This document shows positions 9,650 to 20,137 of a stretch of DNA of 64,000 nucleotides, in pieces. The translations under genes and the position numbers were made by a program. Within the stretch, counting starts at the first letter, position 1; the number at the start of each line of letters is the position of its first letter. Under the pieces are notes generated by a model. That model saw nothing but the letters and a program-made list of their open reading frames with translations, searched no databases and had not been told where the DNA came from. Origin of the DNA: an uncultured virus (IMG/VR IMGVR_UViG_3300046665_000305) (taxonomy: Duplodnaviria; Heunggongvirae; Uroviricota; Caudoviricetes); the IMG/VR virus record IMGVR_UViG_3300046665_000305, positions 1 to 64,000 of that record; one strand, written 5' to 3'.

Positions 9650-9991
9650 TTAATCGATCCAGAATACGGCGCGGCGCGGTGGCAGAAGAGAATTTGCAAC
9701 AGTGGCAAGTTCCTTACGCTTCTGATCCAAGCGATAATCCCCGATTTCCTTAATGTCTCGGATCGCGTCAGAGATGCGGGCATAAGTGGTCTTCCAACAT
9801 GCGACCCACGTAGTATCTGTGTAATCGTCAGTAACGTCGGGCGTCATCGCGATAAAATCTAGGACGTGACCACGAAGGATATTCAGGTCCTTCCCGCCAT
9901 ACTTGGCGGCGCGGGGGATAGAGAGGTTTACCAGTACCGAGAGCTTGGCGATCCGGTCTTTCTTGTTTTCGTAATAAATTTCAGGCTTCAT
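9650..9991 (-). CDS. hypothetical protein
   Basis: ORF in operon; probable start MKPEIYY. Confidence 0.5.
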   Translation of the reverse strand: MKPEIYYENKKDRIAKLSVLVNLSIPRAAKYGGKDLNILRGHVLDFIAMTPDVTDDYTDTTWVACWKTTYARISDAIRDIKEIGDYRLDQKRKELATVANSLLPPRRAVFWID

Positions 9992-10012
9992 TTCGCATTT
10001 CCCTTTCTGCAC

Positions 10013-10369
10013 TTAAAAATCACTGAAGTCAGTTGCGTTGATAGTTCTATTGGTAAAACCGTCTTTGATTTCTAGGATGAGGCCTAGCTGCGTGTCAGTA
10101 AATATATAACTATATTGACCGCCGATTGCTCCCGTATTCTCTCTGCGGGTCGAATCAAAGAATTCTTGAACCTCTTTCGCGATTGAGGCTGATGTTTGGT
10201 ATTCGCCCATCGGGGTAGTTATGTAGCCAACCGGCTCAGGCGGCTTAGGTTTAAACAGCCACACAGTTTTTTCTTTATCTTTCAAAATATTTCTTGCCTG
10301 AGAGTGCATCTCCTTAGTGATAGCCTCACACTCGGCTTTCTCTACCTCATTCATTTCTCTAACGGCCAT
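10013..10369 (-). CDS. hypothetical protein
   Basis: 118 aa ORF in operon. Confidence 0.55.
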   Translation of the reverse strand: MAVREMNEVEKAECEAITKEMHSQARNILKDKEKTVWLFKPKPPEPVGYITTPMGEYQTSASIAKEVQEFFDSTRRENTGAIGGQYSYIFTDTQLGLILEIKDGFTNRTINATDFSDF

Positions 10370-10892
10370 GGAACTTGCAGCCTCCTAATTTGTTTATATC
10401 GAAACGATACCAAGAGCAATCATCCTTACCAGACATGGTTGTATTTTCGATCCATTTAAGACGGCCAATTGCAACGATATCGGTACAATATTTTTCCATC
10501 AATGTGGAAGATTGTTTTGTGAAAGGCCACGAACTGTCAAACAGAAGCCATGTGGGGCGAAGAGATGCAAACCTTTCGATCATTGGGTGGAGCAAACTTC
10601 TGGTCCACGGCGGATTACTTATGATTAGGTCTGCATCACTAACATGGCTTTCTTCAATTGTCAATGCGTTAAGTGATTTAATTTGAGGCGCATTCGGTTC
10701 AATGTCATATTCCGCTACACAAATTAGGCCCATTACACCCGCTAACTGTTTAGTGAGAATGCCATCGCCCGCGCAAGGTTCTACGAATTTAGTTCCAGAG
10801 GGTATAAATGCTTTAAGCGCTTGTACCGCTCTAGGATCAATAGTTCTATAATAATCTTTGGGTATTTTGTCAAAATTACTACGTTTTCCCAT
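10359..10892 (-). CDS. DNA amino-(N6A/N4C) methyltransferase
   Basis: EPCAGDG SAM-binding motif and catalytic SNPPW. Confidence 0.8.
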   Translation of the reverse strand: MGKRSNFDKIPKDYYRTIDPRAVQALKAFIPSGTKFVEPCAGDGILTKQLAGVMGLICVAEYDIEPNAPQIKSLNALTIEESHVSDADLIISNPPWTRSLLHPMIERFASLRPTWLLFDSSWPFTKQSSTLMEKYCTDIVAIGRLKWIENTTMSGKDDCSWYRFDINKLGGCKFHGR

Positions 10893-10981
10893 GTTCTTCT
10901 TTTTCTTCTAAACGCTTCAACGCGTCATTAAGTAGTTCTTTAAAAGATTTATTAGACTTAAGAACTAAGCCGTAATACCAT

Positions 10982-11308
10982 TTAATCATTTACTTTTGGC
11001 TTCCACAACTTAGCAAATTTTAGCACGTTTGGATCATCTTCCTCTAAATTAGGAAGCACAACGGCACAAGCCTTGCGACCCTCAAGAGTCTTATTCTCGT
11101 GACCGAGGTAGACGTGCTCTAGCGCAGCAATCTTATCGAATTCGCGCTGATTAACACGGACCACACATTTCTTGAAAGACATGCTGAGCCAGCCCTTATA
11201 CCTAGGCTGGTTTTGAAATTCTAGATGAGCACTTAGCACGGAGTGCGCGACAAGCGTCGGGACCATGTAGTCAGGAAACTCGTCAAGTACGGCGATGTAC
11301 ATTTTCAT
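10982..11308 (-). CDS. peptidyl-tRNA hydrolase 2-like protein
   Basis: KMYI.V, VAH, W...SFKK.V.RV; size and layout typical of phage PTH2-like proteins. Confidence 0.65.
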   Translation of the reverse strand: MKMYIAVLDEFPDYMVPTLVAHSVLSAHLEFQNQPRYKGWLSMSFKKCVVRVNQREFDKIAALEHVYLGHENKTLEGRKACAVVLPNLEEDDPNVLKFAKLWKPKVND

Positions 11309-11560
11309 TTTTTTAATTTTCGCAATCAGATTGATGTTTCATGAGGTACAGTTGAATGGTTTCCCACCAGCCTTCAGGAATATTTTCGGTGCAGCTGTAA
11401 AGTAGCCAACGCTCATTGTGAAGACCAAAACCCATTTCAGTATATTCAGTTTCGTCTTCGTTAAGGACGTGGACATAGAGACAATCGCTATTATAAGCCA
11501 CCGGTACATCGTCGCTAACTTGTGCCAGAGCTTCCATAATAATTTGAGGAATTTCTGCCA

Positions 11561-12010
11561 TCAAAAGTTCCCCGGCGCGACTTGGAAGCAGGGAATACCT
11601 CTGGCTCGCCATGCCGCAACGACTTGGTCACGGTCATCAAGCGCAAAGCTAGGATTGAATCCATCTGCAATGATTTGATCCAGCAGTTCCATCTTAACGA
11701 TATCGTCGCGGCGGCTATCGTTCTTCGCTCTCATATAGAGAGCGTGATAGTTGACCCTATTCCGCAGCCATTCCTCTGTGTGATCCCTAGACTGCTCGCC
11801 ACGGCCAGAGCAAAGCACGACGCGCCAGCCAGCGGCATAAAGCGTGTTGACCAAATCAATGACATGCTGATGTGGAGGATCGTGAGGGATTCCGGCTTCG
11901 AAAGCTTTCCAGTTGGAAGGCTTGGATTGCACGTAATGTTGACGGTGCGAGCAATCAGCTACCGTGCCGTCTAGATCGACAATAATATCACGCATCAATA
12001 ATTTTCCCAT
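11561..12010 (-). CDS. polynucleotide 3'-phosphatase (HAD, PseT C-terminal-like)
   Basis: DLDGT, SGR, MR...D.R.D..VK, LDDR.QVV..WR..G..C.QVA.G.F. Confidence 0.9.
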   Translation of the reverse strand: MGKLLMRDIIVDLDGTVADCSHRQHYVQSKPSNWKAFEAGIPHDPPHQHVIDLVNTLYAAGWRVVLCSGRGEQSRDHTEEWLRNRVNYHALYMRAKNDSRRDDIVKMELLDQIIADGFNPSFALDDRDQVVAAWRARGIPCFQVAPGNF

Positions 12011-12483
12011 ACATCTTAAAAATGTAAGTAATATTTTCGATAGCAGCCGCTACGTCGTCTTCACCATAGCCGTCTTCTTCTAGATAGCTTTCGGCAAAGG
12101 ATTCAATTTCTGCTACAGTGATAGGGCCGTGCCATTTCACCAGCTCTTCTAGGAGGATTGGTTTGAAATACCCATAATCTTCAGCTGCGTTTAGGCTATC
12201 CAAAATATCAAATTTTTTAATAGTTACAGTAGTCATAAATTTTCCTTATTTTCAGCAGTAAAAAGCAGGCCGATAGGGCTTCCCTTTCTAGGGCCTATGA
12301 ATGACATGAGTGTTTCAGTGCCGCGAATCGTGCGAATCTCGCCGTCGATCATGACCTTGGTTCCGATCCATTCCATGACACGCAACGGGTCGTCAAAAGG
12401 AGAAGGGCCACAATAAAGTGTCCCTCTCCCGCTGATCTCAAATGTCTCGACGTATTCAAATACTGGAATGTCGTCTGCCGTTG

Positions 12484-13068
12484 TCATAGAGAGGACACCA
12501 GAGCCTTCACGCCATCGCTAGGATCGATGTAGCGCTCTGTCGTGGTCAAGCTGGCATGGCCTGCCAAGTCCTGCACATCGCGCAGCGAGGCGTTGTATAG
12601 GTTTGCCTGCCGTGCCGCCGATGTGATGAAGGTACGCCTGCCACTGTGGGACGAACATCCCTCTAGGCCAGCAGCTTGATACAGGCGGGAGAACCAAACC
12701 GTCATAGCATTCGGCGTCATGGTCTCCTTGTAGTCACCGAATCGAATAATCTCATCGTTAGGGCGTTGCTTTCTGAGGATTTCAAGGTAGTGTTTCAACT
12801 CAGGATGAATTGGGACTTGTCGATCCTTCTTCCCTCCCTTGGTGATATGGTGTCCGATATGCATGACATCAGCAATAGTGCCGTCTGGCTTAGTAACATC
12901 GATCCAACGGAGGCCAGCAATTTCAGCGGCGCGCAGACCAGCTTTGACACTAAGAAGCACAGCAACCTTGTCGCGCGTCTTGGTCTTATAATCCTTAGTG
13001 GAATCTATCAATTTAAAGACAACCTTCAAATCCTTAGATTCGATGATCTTAGCGCGCTTTACTGCCAT
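12484..13068 (-). CDS. tyrosine recombinase (catalytic domain only)
   Basis: GLRAAEI (R), TKGG (K), HSGRR (HxxR), LAGH (H), TERY (Y). Confidence 0.9.
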   Translation of the reverse strand: MAVKRAKIIESKDLKVVFKLIDSTKDYKTKTRDKVAVLLSVKAGLRAAEIAGLRWIDVTKPDGTIADVMHIGHHITKGGKKDRQVPIHPELKHYLEILRKQRPNDEIIRFGDYKETMTPNAMTVWFSRLYQAAGLEGCSSHSGRRTFITSAARQANLYNASLRDVQDLAGHASLTTTERYIDPSDGVKALVSSL

Positions 13069-13288
13069 CGTTCCGATACTCCTTTTGCACCAATTGCCGC
13101 CTTGATCTGAGTGAATTCTTCTAAATCTTTAGCCGATCTAAGGTAGACGGCGTTTGTAAGAATGTCAATCGTTTCTAGGTCGGCAAGCGTATCCACATGA
13201 ATGTATTCTTCTACTCCCTCTTTGTGACGGAACTTAGTCAAATCCTCAAATTCCATCACGTCGGCACATACGATTGCGGTCTTTTTAA

Positions 13289-13624
13289 TTATTGAAGCCA
13301 TAGTTCCTTATCCACTCCTGAGCACTTATCAAATAGTTTATAAACCCAATATTCTAGGTAGACGTAAGTCGTCATAGCTTCTTCGTTTTCGGCTATGTCG
13401 AACAGGAGCGTAATCAACGTCCGTTGAACGAAGGCGATGTGGTAAAACACTTCACACTCTTTTACATCACCTCTTTTGTAAACTTCGTCATAATCGAACT
13501 TGGCCATTAAGTCAAGATCATCGGCGGCTTCTTCGCCAAAATGATTCAGAACTTTGTCCCAATTTCCTTCACAATAACCAGTTTTGACTTGTTCCACGAC
13601 ATTGTCAATGTATTCTTGGTTCAT
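13289..13624 (-). CDS. hypothetical protein
   Basis: 111 aa ORF in operon. Confidence 0.55.
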   Translation of the reverse strand: MNQEYIDNVVEQVKTGYCEGNWDKVLNHFGEEAADDLDLMAKFDYDEVYKRGDVKECEVFYHIAFVQRTLITLLFDIAENEEAMTTYVYLEYWVYKLFDKCSGVDKELWLQ

Positions 13625-13923
13625 TTAATTTTATAACTTTCCTTATTGATCCGAAGTTCAGTCATGGTGCGGAGATTAACCGTCTTCCACTTCCTGTCCT
13701 GCGTTCCATCCATCTCGACAACAGTAATGAGTGAACCGCGACGTACTCGCTCGCGGCTGTCGTTCTTAGCGTTGTCTGGATTGTTCTTGACCAGAGTTGC
13801 GACATTGCGGCGAAACGTCATGTCACGAATCTTGCCGTCTTTCTTCACGAAGGTAGCGCCTATAATGTTGCCACCAGCGAGAATGAGCTTGCGAAGGGCG
13901 GCGCGATAAGTGATTTCCTGCAT
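13621..13923 (-). CDS. hypothetical protein (possible SH3/WYL-like beta fold)
   Basis: F.KKDG.IR.M ... W+T motif; SD AAGGAG upstream. Confidence 0.55.
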   Translation of the reverse strand: MQEITYRAALRKLILAGGNIIGATFVKKDGKIRDMTFRRNVATLVKNNPDNAKNDSRERVRRGSLITVVEMDGTQDRKWKTVNLRTMTELRINKESYKIK

Positions 13924-13971
13924 GACGTGTCTCCTTGTTCCGTTTTGTGAATGTAAGGAAAAGTTAGCACA

Positions 13972-14457
13972 TCAGAGGAATTTGTCAATGGGAAATTTCC
14001 CATTCTTTAAATTATATACAGGGATGCTATATTCTTCAGCAATGACGATGGCCGTTCTGGTTCCGCCACTCGGCTTGCCATCTGGAGTCCAGCACACGAC
14101 AAAATCGACGTGAGTCTTAAAGTCGTTACCGAGGACTTGGCAAACGTTTCTGGTATGCAGTTTCTTCCCGCCTTGGGTCAGGTTATCCCAATAAGGGTGG
14201 ACCCTCATTGCGATCTTCTTGGCAAAAGTTCTGCCGCCCGCCACAATACCGTCTTCTCTGCCATTAAAACCATTCCATGGCAGAAAGATTTGCTTCTGAT
14301 CGCCTGCACCATCTTCGAATGCTGTATCGGCTCCATCAGCGCCTCCTGAGTTGAGAACATAACCGTTCTCTCTCAAAATAGCGGCGATGGTTCTCATTTC
14401 TTCTATAACCTCGTCAGGGGTTTGACGGCTCCCGATTCCCGCGTAATATTGAGTCAT
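13972..14457 (-). CDS. SLOG-family (DprA/Smf-like) nucleotide-binding protein
   Basis: YAGIGSRQTP, SGGADGAD, LPW, RN..QVLG, GGT..A. Confidence 0.8.
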   Translation of the reverse strand: MTQYYAGIGSRQTPDEVIEEMRTIAAILRENGYVLNSGGADGADTAFEDGAGDQKQIFLPWNGFNGREDGIVAGGRTFAKKIAMRVHPYWDNLTQGGKKLHTRNVCQVLGNDFKTHVDFVVCWTPDGKPSGGTRTAIVIAEEYSIPVYNLKNGKFPIDKFL

Positions 14458-14777
14458 AGTAACCTTAATTTTGAATGGCGTTCATAAAATGAATTAAGAA
14501 TTTTGGCCATAGCTTTTTCGTCATAAGAAATGGCATAACCGCAACCCGAACCAGCAGGTTGATCAATATCGGCTTCAGTCAGTAGATCGTTAACATCATC
14601 GATTGCGGTCTGAATCGAATCTTCAATATCGACTTTCTTCTGCCATTCTTCCAAGGCAATGGTGTACATGCCCCAATTTTGGACGCCAGCATCTTCAAGA
14701 GCTTTTAGCTTGGCTATCTTTCGTTGCATGTCATCGTATTGATATTGGTGTATTGTTATTTTTTCTAATCCGTACAT
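14454..14777 (-). CDS. hypothetical protein
   Basis: L.ALE..GV.NW motif common in phage proteins. Confidence 0.55.
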   Translation of the reverse strand: MYGLEKITIHQYQYDDMQRKIAKLKALEDAGVQNWGMYTIALEEWQKKVDIEDSIQTAIDDVNDLLTEADIDQPAGSGCGYAISYDEKAMAKILNSFYERHSKLRLL

Positions 14778-15913
14778 CAGTAATCTCTTTTGCCTTCATG
14801 GAAAGCTTTGACTACACCGAAACGCAACTTATTGTCTTTGGTATACCCTTGATATTTAACGGTAACTTGTCCGCCGATATACTTTTTAGGGTTTTCCCAA
14901 ATGTCTTTATTGCGTTCATAGGTGCCAGCAACACCGGCTTCGGATTCTCCGTGAGGAGTTTTAACAACGACTGCTTTGGCAGCGCCACTCCAATTGCCTT
15001 GACCTTCAATGATATCTAAAAGTTCAAATTCATCTTCGTCAAAGTTTTTATATTTTAGAAGGCCTTTTGAGCGCTTGAATTCATAAGGGGAATCAGCGTC
15101 ACGAAGCATCAGTCCTTCATAACCATCAGCAAAAAAATTGTCGTGAGCCTGCTGTGTTCTTTCAAGATCAAGGCCATCGATTTGAATAGTCTTACATAGT
15201 TTAATATTTTTAATATCTAAAAAGTCTTCTTCAAAAATCTCTTCAAGAAAATCAAATCTGTCTCGATACGGGCGTTCCAAATCGTCCCAAAAAATTACGT
15301 CGTAGATGTGGAACTGGACTTTTTCCGCAATCTCTTGTAGTTCTTCCTCGCTAAGGCTTGAAAGCTTCTGCTTCTTGACCAGAGAAACGATTTTTTCGAA
15401 ATCTTCTTTGTAATCGTGATTATAAAGTTCGCCATCGAATGTGACGTTATATTTTAATGCGGCTTCAGACAGATCGGTGACAAGGTGTTCCACGGTATGG
15501 AAAGGCTTACCGGCGCGGGACGTGCCGCCATCTTCATCCATGACGCAACGAAGGCCATCAAACTTTGGCTGAAGGAACCAAGTCTTCTTCGTTTTAAAAG
15601 TTTTGATTTCGTGAAATTTATCGGCTAGCATGGGCTGGACAAAGTTTGATCGCTGAGCCGTGTCAGCCGTGAGGCTGTATTTGCGATCCAACTTCTTTTG
15701 ATAGAGAGCTTCAATTTCAGCTGTGGCTTGGCTCTCATCGCTCGTGGCATTCGTCTTGCCTACGTTCTTAGCATTTGCCTGTTTCCATTCAGAGATGACG
15801 ATCTTGCCGCCTTCAATGCCTGAGTGGGTTCGAAATTTTGAACCTTCTTGCTCCATGAACCAGATGCGAATATTATCATTATTGTCGCGGTGATATAAAG
15901 TTTTATAAATCAT
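14777..15913 (-). CDS. lig: ATP-dependent DNA ligase
   Basis: QPKFDGLRC motif I, FDGELY, EGLMLR, KRS..LLKYK and OB domain. Confidence 0.92.
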   Translation of the reverse strand: MIYKTLYHRDNNDNIRIWFMEQEGSKFRTHSGIEGGKIVISEWKQANAKNVGKTNATSDESQATAEIEALYQKKLDRKYSLTADTAQRSNFVQPMLADKFHEIKTFKTKKTWFLQPKFDGLRCVMDEDGGTSRAGKPFHTVEHLVTDLSEAALKYNVTFDGELYNHDYKEDFEKIVSLVKKQKLSSLSEEELQEIAEKVQFHIYDVIFWDDLERPYRDRFDFLEEIFEEDFLDIKNIKLCKTIQIDGLDLERTQQAHDNFFADGYEGLMLRDADSPYEFKRSKGLLKYKNFDEDEFELLDIIEGQGNWSGAAKAVVVKTPHGESEAGVAGTYERNKDIWENPKKYIGGQVTVKYQGYTKDNKLRFGVVKAFHEGKRDY

Positions 15914-15941
15914 AATTTTTCTTAATTTTGAAACGGGAAGG

Positions 15942-15957
15942 GAGCGCCGAAGCGCTC
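15942..15957 (-). terminator. UUCG-tetraloop hairpin (weak terminator or processing site)
   Basis: Minus strand GAGCGC-TTCG-GCGCTC; weak U tract. Confidence 0.4.
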
Positions 15958-16339
15958 ATTTATTTAGTTTAGGCTCTATTCTAAATTTAATAGGATCGGC
16001 GCAATCCGCCGTGATAATGTTTCTGTACCAAGACAGCCACTTGATGCGCTTACCATAAACTTTCATGGTGCATGTCGCGCCTTTAACGAGAAAACGATTT
16101 ACGTCCGAAGAATTATATTTTAGGAAAACCCATTCATCGGTATTTTCGTAAGTTTCGTTCTGCCCAAATGCGATGTACTTACACTTCTGAGCATCGTCTT
16201 GGGAGCAGACACGCTCACTGTCTCGCGTGAACGTGTCAGTGACTGTGGTTGTCGTCGCAGCTACATATATGTATCTCACGCCGTAGGTGACGGCCATGAT
16301 AGCCGCCACACCTAGTAGAACCTTGTAACGAAATTTCAT
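15956..16339 (-). CDS. membrane-anchored or secreted protein
   Basis: N-terminal TM helix; ENTD...K..S.D, G.RI..LS.Y.NI. Confidence 0.65.
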   Translation of the reverse strand: MKFRYKVLLGVAAIMAVTYGVRYIYVAATTTTVTDTFTRDSERVCSQDDAQKCKYIAFGQNETYENTDEWVFLKYNSSDVNRFLVKGATCTMKVYGKRIKWLSWYRNIITADCADPIKFRIEPKLNK

Positions 16340-17326
16340 TTAATCCTCCTGTGAAGTGATTTCCTTCGCCTTCTTGACCCAATCGCCAAATGTGGATTTA
16401 GCAATTCTGAGGGCTCGACCCGCACCCCTGATAGAACCGATTTCATTCACTTTGTCAAGGATTTCCTGTGCCGTGTAAATGTCGCCAAAGAGAAGATCAC
16501 TAGGAGTATCACCAAGAGCTAGTTCAGCTGTGTCTTCCTCTGGCGCATCCCACGAATCATCTACCGCAACATCAAAACGCTTTTCACGCTCGCCGTCGCC
16601 GGGATTATCGATTTCGCTTACGACTTCGTAGGTCCAAGCCCTGCCCTTGGCATTAGCATAATCCGAAGGGATAGCCACAACATCAGCGGGATTGATCTTA
16701 ACGACAACAACACGTGATTTTGAGGCATCACCAAAATGAGTTAAGTAACTATGAGCACAAAAATGTAGACCACGGCTGCAAGTAGAATTACGGTTGGGAT
16801 CGACCGTTTCACGAGGCATAGAAGGCTTTGAGCCAATACTGTTATCTGTTTTGTTGTCGTAAATACTGGTATAGTCATTATTTACCTTCTTAAATGCTAG
16901 GAAGTGACCATCTGATGTTAGAGGCATTTGCGCCGCTTCAAGGAACAGATACAGTTCGTCAATAGCAGTTTGTGAAGGGTTCTTCATCACATTATTCAAG
17001 AAGTTAGCCCAAATGGCAATGTCCCAACCTTCTCTCATGACTTCAATCATCTTAGTGGTCAAAGTATTGTGAAGCGGTCTGTTCTTGTAGTAAATCTGGC
17101 CATCTGTGACAGTCACGTCGCCAAAGAGTTTACCTTTGATCGTCTCAGGAATATTTGAAAGTTCCTTGACGCGGGCCACATCAAAATTGCCGTGACCCTT
17201 CTTCAGTTCGGTAACAATGTCTTCGAAATAAAGATGTGTCTTATCAACGGGTACTGACTTACCGTCAAAAAACAAAAGGACGCCTTTTGCGGTCAGAATA
17301 AAACCTAGTTCATGCATGTTGCTCAT
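16340..17326 (-). CDS. rIIB: rIIB protein
   Basis: NPS..A..ELY.FL, DG.FLAFK.V, CS.GLH, VK.NP.DVV.IP.DY...K.R; immediately downstream of rIIA. Confidence 0.9.
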   Translation of the reverse strand: MSNMHELGFILTAKGVLLFFDGKSVPVDKTHLYFEDIVTELKKGHGNFDVARVKELSNIPETIKGKLFGDVTVTDGQIYYKNRPLHNTLTTKMIEVMREGWDIAIWANFLNNVMKNPSQTAIDELYLFLEAAQMPLTSDGHFLAFKKVNNDYTSIYDNKTDNSIGSKPSMPRETVDPNRNSTCSRGLHFCAHSYLTHFGDASKSRVVVVKINPADVVAIPSDYANAKGRAWTYEVVSEIDNPGDGEREKRFDVAVDDSWDAPEEDTAELALGDTPSDLLFGDIYTAQEILDKVNEIGSIRGAGRALRIAKSTFGDWVKKAKEITSQED

Positions 17327-19421
17327 TCTCTCTATCTACCATTTTAATATAATTAAAAATATTATTCAAATTATTTAAGAACGTGCCGTCATCATAGGAA
17401 ATAATGTATTTGTCGATCAACGGATAATCTTCTTTGATCTTTGTGACCCAATGTTTTAGGGCCTCATCAGAAGAAACTTCTATCGTGAATTCAGCTATCT
17501 TTTCGCTATAAACTTGGGGCGGGACAAGTTGCTGCCAAAGCAGAATGTTTTTCGCGTTCTCTGTTTGTTCATCCTCGCTCTTAGCATATCTACGCATAAA
17601 GTCAAGCACTTTTTTGAATGAAGTATCATTTTCATATTCTAAAACGCTTAATTCTTCGGCGTAATTTTTGAGCCAATGATTCATTTCCTTTTCTAGATTG
17701 CTTTTCTCAACAAAAGACTTGAAATCTAGACCCTTGGCCAATTCGTCGCGAGCCTCGGTCAGCGCGTTTGTCACGCCAGCCGCTTTGACCTTATTAAGAG
17801 ACTTCTGCTTGACAACAAAAATATTCGTCTTATCTTCGAACAGGTTATGTATTGTGTGGTTGTAAACGTATTTATCGTAAGACTCGTCTACCCACAAACT
17901 TCCGTTGTGTGTAATAATATAACGAGTGTCAGGCGTTAAGTTTTTCAGGTCTAGGACAGCATCACCTATCCCAAAGCCGACAACTCTTACCTCGCTATGT
18001 TTAATCCTTGGCAGATAAGATGATGGATCGGGCTTTTCGCGCTCAGGAAGATTGAAATCTTCTAGGCGGTAGAACTTCGGCGGATAACCTAAAAGCTTTT
18101 TTAATTTTCTTAATTGTTCAGGACTTGCACCATAGTCTCTGATCCAGACAACGTTATCGTGGTCTCCGATATTATTTTTGACCCTAGCATTAATTAATTT
18201 AACTTTTTTAGCTTTGGTATAATCTTCAACCAAGAACATAGTATCACTATCGACACTCCACTTAGTTGTGTATTCCTTCTCACTAAATTTAAGGTTTTTA
18301 TTTCTAAAATCATAAGCGCTGGTATAATGAATCGCGACGTTGTAGACTTGTCTGATCCTGTCGCGATTCATTGCTGATGCCACGTTAACCGGCTTATCGT
18401 TAAATCTCAGATGGGCGATATAGCTCTTGACACATGCAATAACAGAATGTTGATGCTCAGCAGCAAAGCAGCGCGCCTCATGCATCGTCTTGATTTTGGA
18501 GAACTTTTCCTTGTAGTCCTTGGTAATTTCTTCACTGACACAATCAGCCATATCAACGATATTTTGAATCGTTGCGTCGTCATAGCTGAGAGATTCACGG
18601 CTCGGCGTTACGTCGAGTTGCCCTATAGGAAAATCAATGAGAATATTAGATGTTAAAATATCCCTCTGAGCATAGGTCAGTTTGCCCAAGGCATCAGTAT
18701 CAATGGGATAAATTACGCAACCTTGCTTGGCGCGGGCCTTGCCGACGCCTTTAAAGATTTCAAAATTTGAACCGGTATAAAAAGGCTCGCCACGCGTTTT
18801 GAGTTTTACCTCGCCGCCACGGATGTTGGGAACAACGTCGAAACCCTCTAAGACGCGCTCCATCTCCTGCCTGAAGCGTTCACAATCCTTAGAGTTGACA
18901 GGGAACGATACCATCAAGCCATCTAGCTCGTTTGTGTCTTCTGACATCATGAGCGAGATTTGAGGAATGCCTTGAGGATTAAGGTAAGCACCATAGACAC
19001 GCTTCGTGCCGCGCATAAACGCAGTGACGGTGAAGCTATCGGTGTAAGCAAAAGGCGTCTTCGATCCGAGGCCAAACTTGCCAATCGCTAGGTTCGTATT
19101 CTCCTTCGTGCTGCGGAACACGGTGGTATAAAGGCCCATAATGTCTTCGTGAGACAATGAGGTGCCATAGTCTCGAACCGAGAAAATAGGGTCAAGGAGA
19201 TTGGGAAGCTGAACCTCGAAAGCGAAGTCGCTACGATCAGCTGCAATTTGAGCGTCATAAGCGTTTGAACTTAGCTCTCTGATGATGGCTTGAATTTTAT
19301 TGGAATAAAGGCCGTCGATTAGGATTTTGAATGCTTTTCCATTTGCGTCGATGGAAAAATTGCCTGTGTCTGCCGCGCCGTGAACAATCACGTCGGCACT
19401 TAACGCGTTATTAGAAATCAT
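17310..19421 (-). CDS. rIIA: rIIA protein (GHKL ATPase N-terminus)
   Basis: LYSNKI.A.IREL.SNA.DA, RDYG, STK, GKFGLGSK.PFAY. Confidence 0.92.
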   Translation of the reverse strand: MISNNALSADVIVHGAADTGNFSIDANGKAFKILIDGLYSNKIQAIIRELSSNAYDAQIAADRSDFAFEVQLPNLLDPIFSVRDYGTSLSHEDIMGLYTTVFRSTKENTNLAIGKFGLGSKTPFAYTDSFTVTAFMRGTKRVYGAYLNPQGIPQISLMMSEDTNELDGLMVSFPVNSKDCERFRQEMERVLEGFDVVPNIRGGEVKLKTRGEPFYTGSNFEIFKGVGKARAKQGCVIYPIDTDALGKLTYAQRDILTSNILIDFPIGQLDVTPSRESLSYDDATIQNIVDMADCVSEEITKDYKEKFSKIKTMHEARCFAAEHQHSVIACVKSYIAHLRFNDKPVNVASAMNRDRIRQVYNVAIHYTSAYDFRNKNLKFSEKEYTTKWSVDSDTMFLVEDYTKAKKVKLINARVKNNIGDHDNVVWIRDYGASPEQLRKLKKLLGYPPKFYRLEDFNLPEREKPDPSSYLPRIKHSEVRVVGFGIGDAVLDLKNLTPDTRYIITHNGSLWVDESYDKYVYNHTIHNLFEDKTNIFVVKQKSLNKVKAAGVTNALTEARDELAKGLDFKSFVEKSNLEKEMNHWLKNYAEELSVLEYENDTSFKKVLDFMRRYAKSEDEQTENAKNILLWQQLVPPQVYSEKIAEFTIEVSSDEALKHWVTKIKEDYPLIDKYIISYDDGTFLNNLNNIFNYIKMVDRENEQHA

Positions 19422-19661
19422 TAATTACCTACAATATAAGATTATTTAAATGCTCGATTATATAATCATGCCCAACGACTTTTGTCAAGTTCTTATTTTG
19501 TTCCATGTCCCAAATTTCGTCAATTTCTATGTCGTGAATAATAGGATCGCCGGTTACGGGGCATGGTTCAGTCATGACGCGGCCAGAGACTCCATACTCT
19601 TCGACAATTTCAAAGAAGGGAATCCACTGGAAATTATTAAATGCTAAAATCATTTAAGGTA

Positions 19662-19713
19662 TTGACTTTCTTTAAATTTTGTGCTAGATATCATGGCATA
19701 ATCACTTTGTCAA
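19662..19713. promoter_or_regulatory. overlapping oppositely oriented sigma70-type promoters
   Basis: + TTGACT-N17-TAGATA and - TTGACA-N17-TATCTA share the hexamer 19685-19690 at a strand switch. Confidence 0.7.
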
Positions 19714-19727
19714 GATAAAAGAACATA

Positions 19728-19892
19728 ATGACTGAAGAAAAAATTTGCACATGTGATCCTGTTCAAGGGAACATTAAAGCCTCCGAAGCTATTGACTTCA
19801 TCAGACCAGACGGTAAGATAGTGGCACGGTATCACAAAGATTGTGCCGTTCACGGTTTTAAACGTATTGAAAATGAGGAAAAGTCGGAATGA
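19728..19892 (+). CDS. small hypothetical protein (54 aa, CxC...HxxC..H)
   Basis: Read from the sequence: MTEEKICTCDP...HKDCAVHG...; ATGA overlap with the next ORF. Confidence 0.5.
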   Translation: MTEEKICTCDPVQGNIKASEAIDFIRPDGKIVARYHKDCAVHGFKRIENEEKSE

Positions 19893-20137
19893 AATATTAC
19901 GTAGTGCTGAGAATGATTACTAAGGACGGGGTGTTTTCGTATGTCTCCTCGCCGTTCGATATTGAAGGAGAGGCTGACGTGTTTGCTGATGAAACCAGAG
20001 AGCTTGTGGCAGGCGTAGATTTCGACACTCATAACTACGAATTTGACAGCACAATTATTCCACTGAGCAAGGCTTACGGGATTGGTGTTTTTGTAATTAA
20101 TTCTGACAAAATTGCGGAAGTAATTGAATGCCAGTAA
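19889..20137 (+). CDS. hypothetical protein
   Basis: 82 aa ORF in the plus-strand island. Confidence 0.55.
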   Translation: MKYYVVLRMITKDGVFSYVSSPFDIEGEADVFADETRELVAGVDFDTHNYEFDSTIIPLSKAYGIGVFVINSDKIAEVIECQ

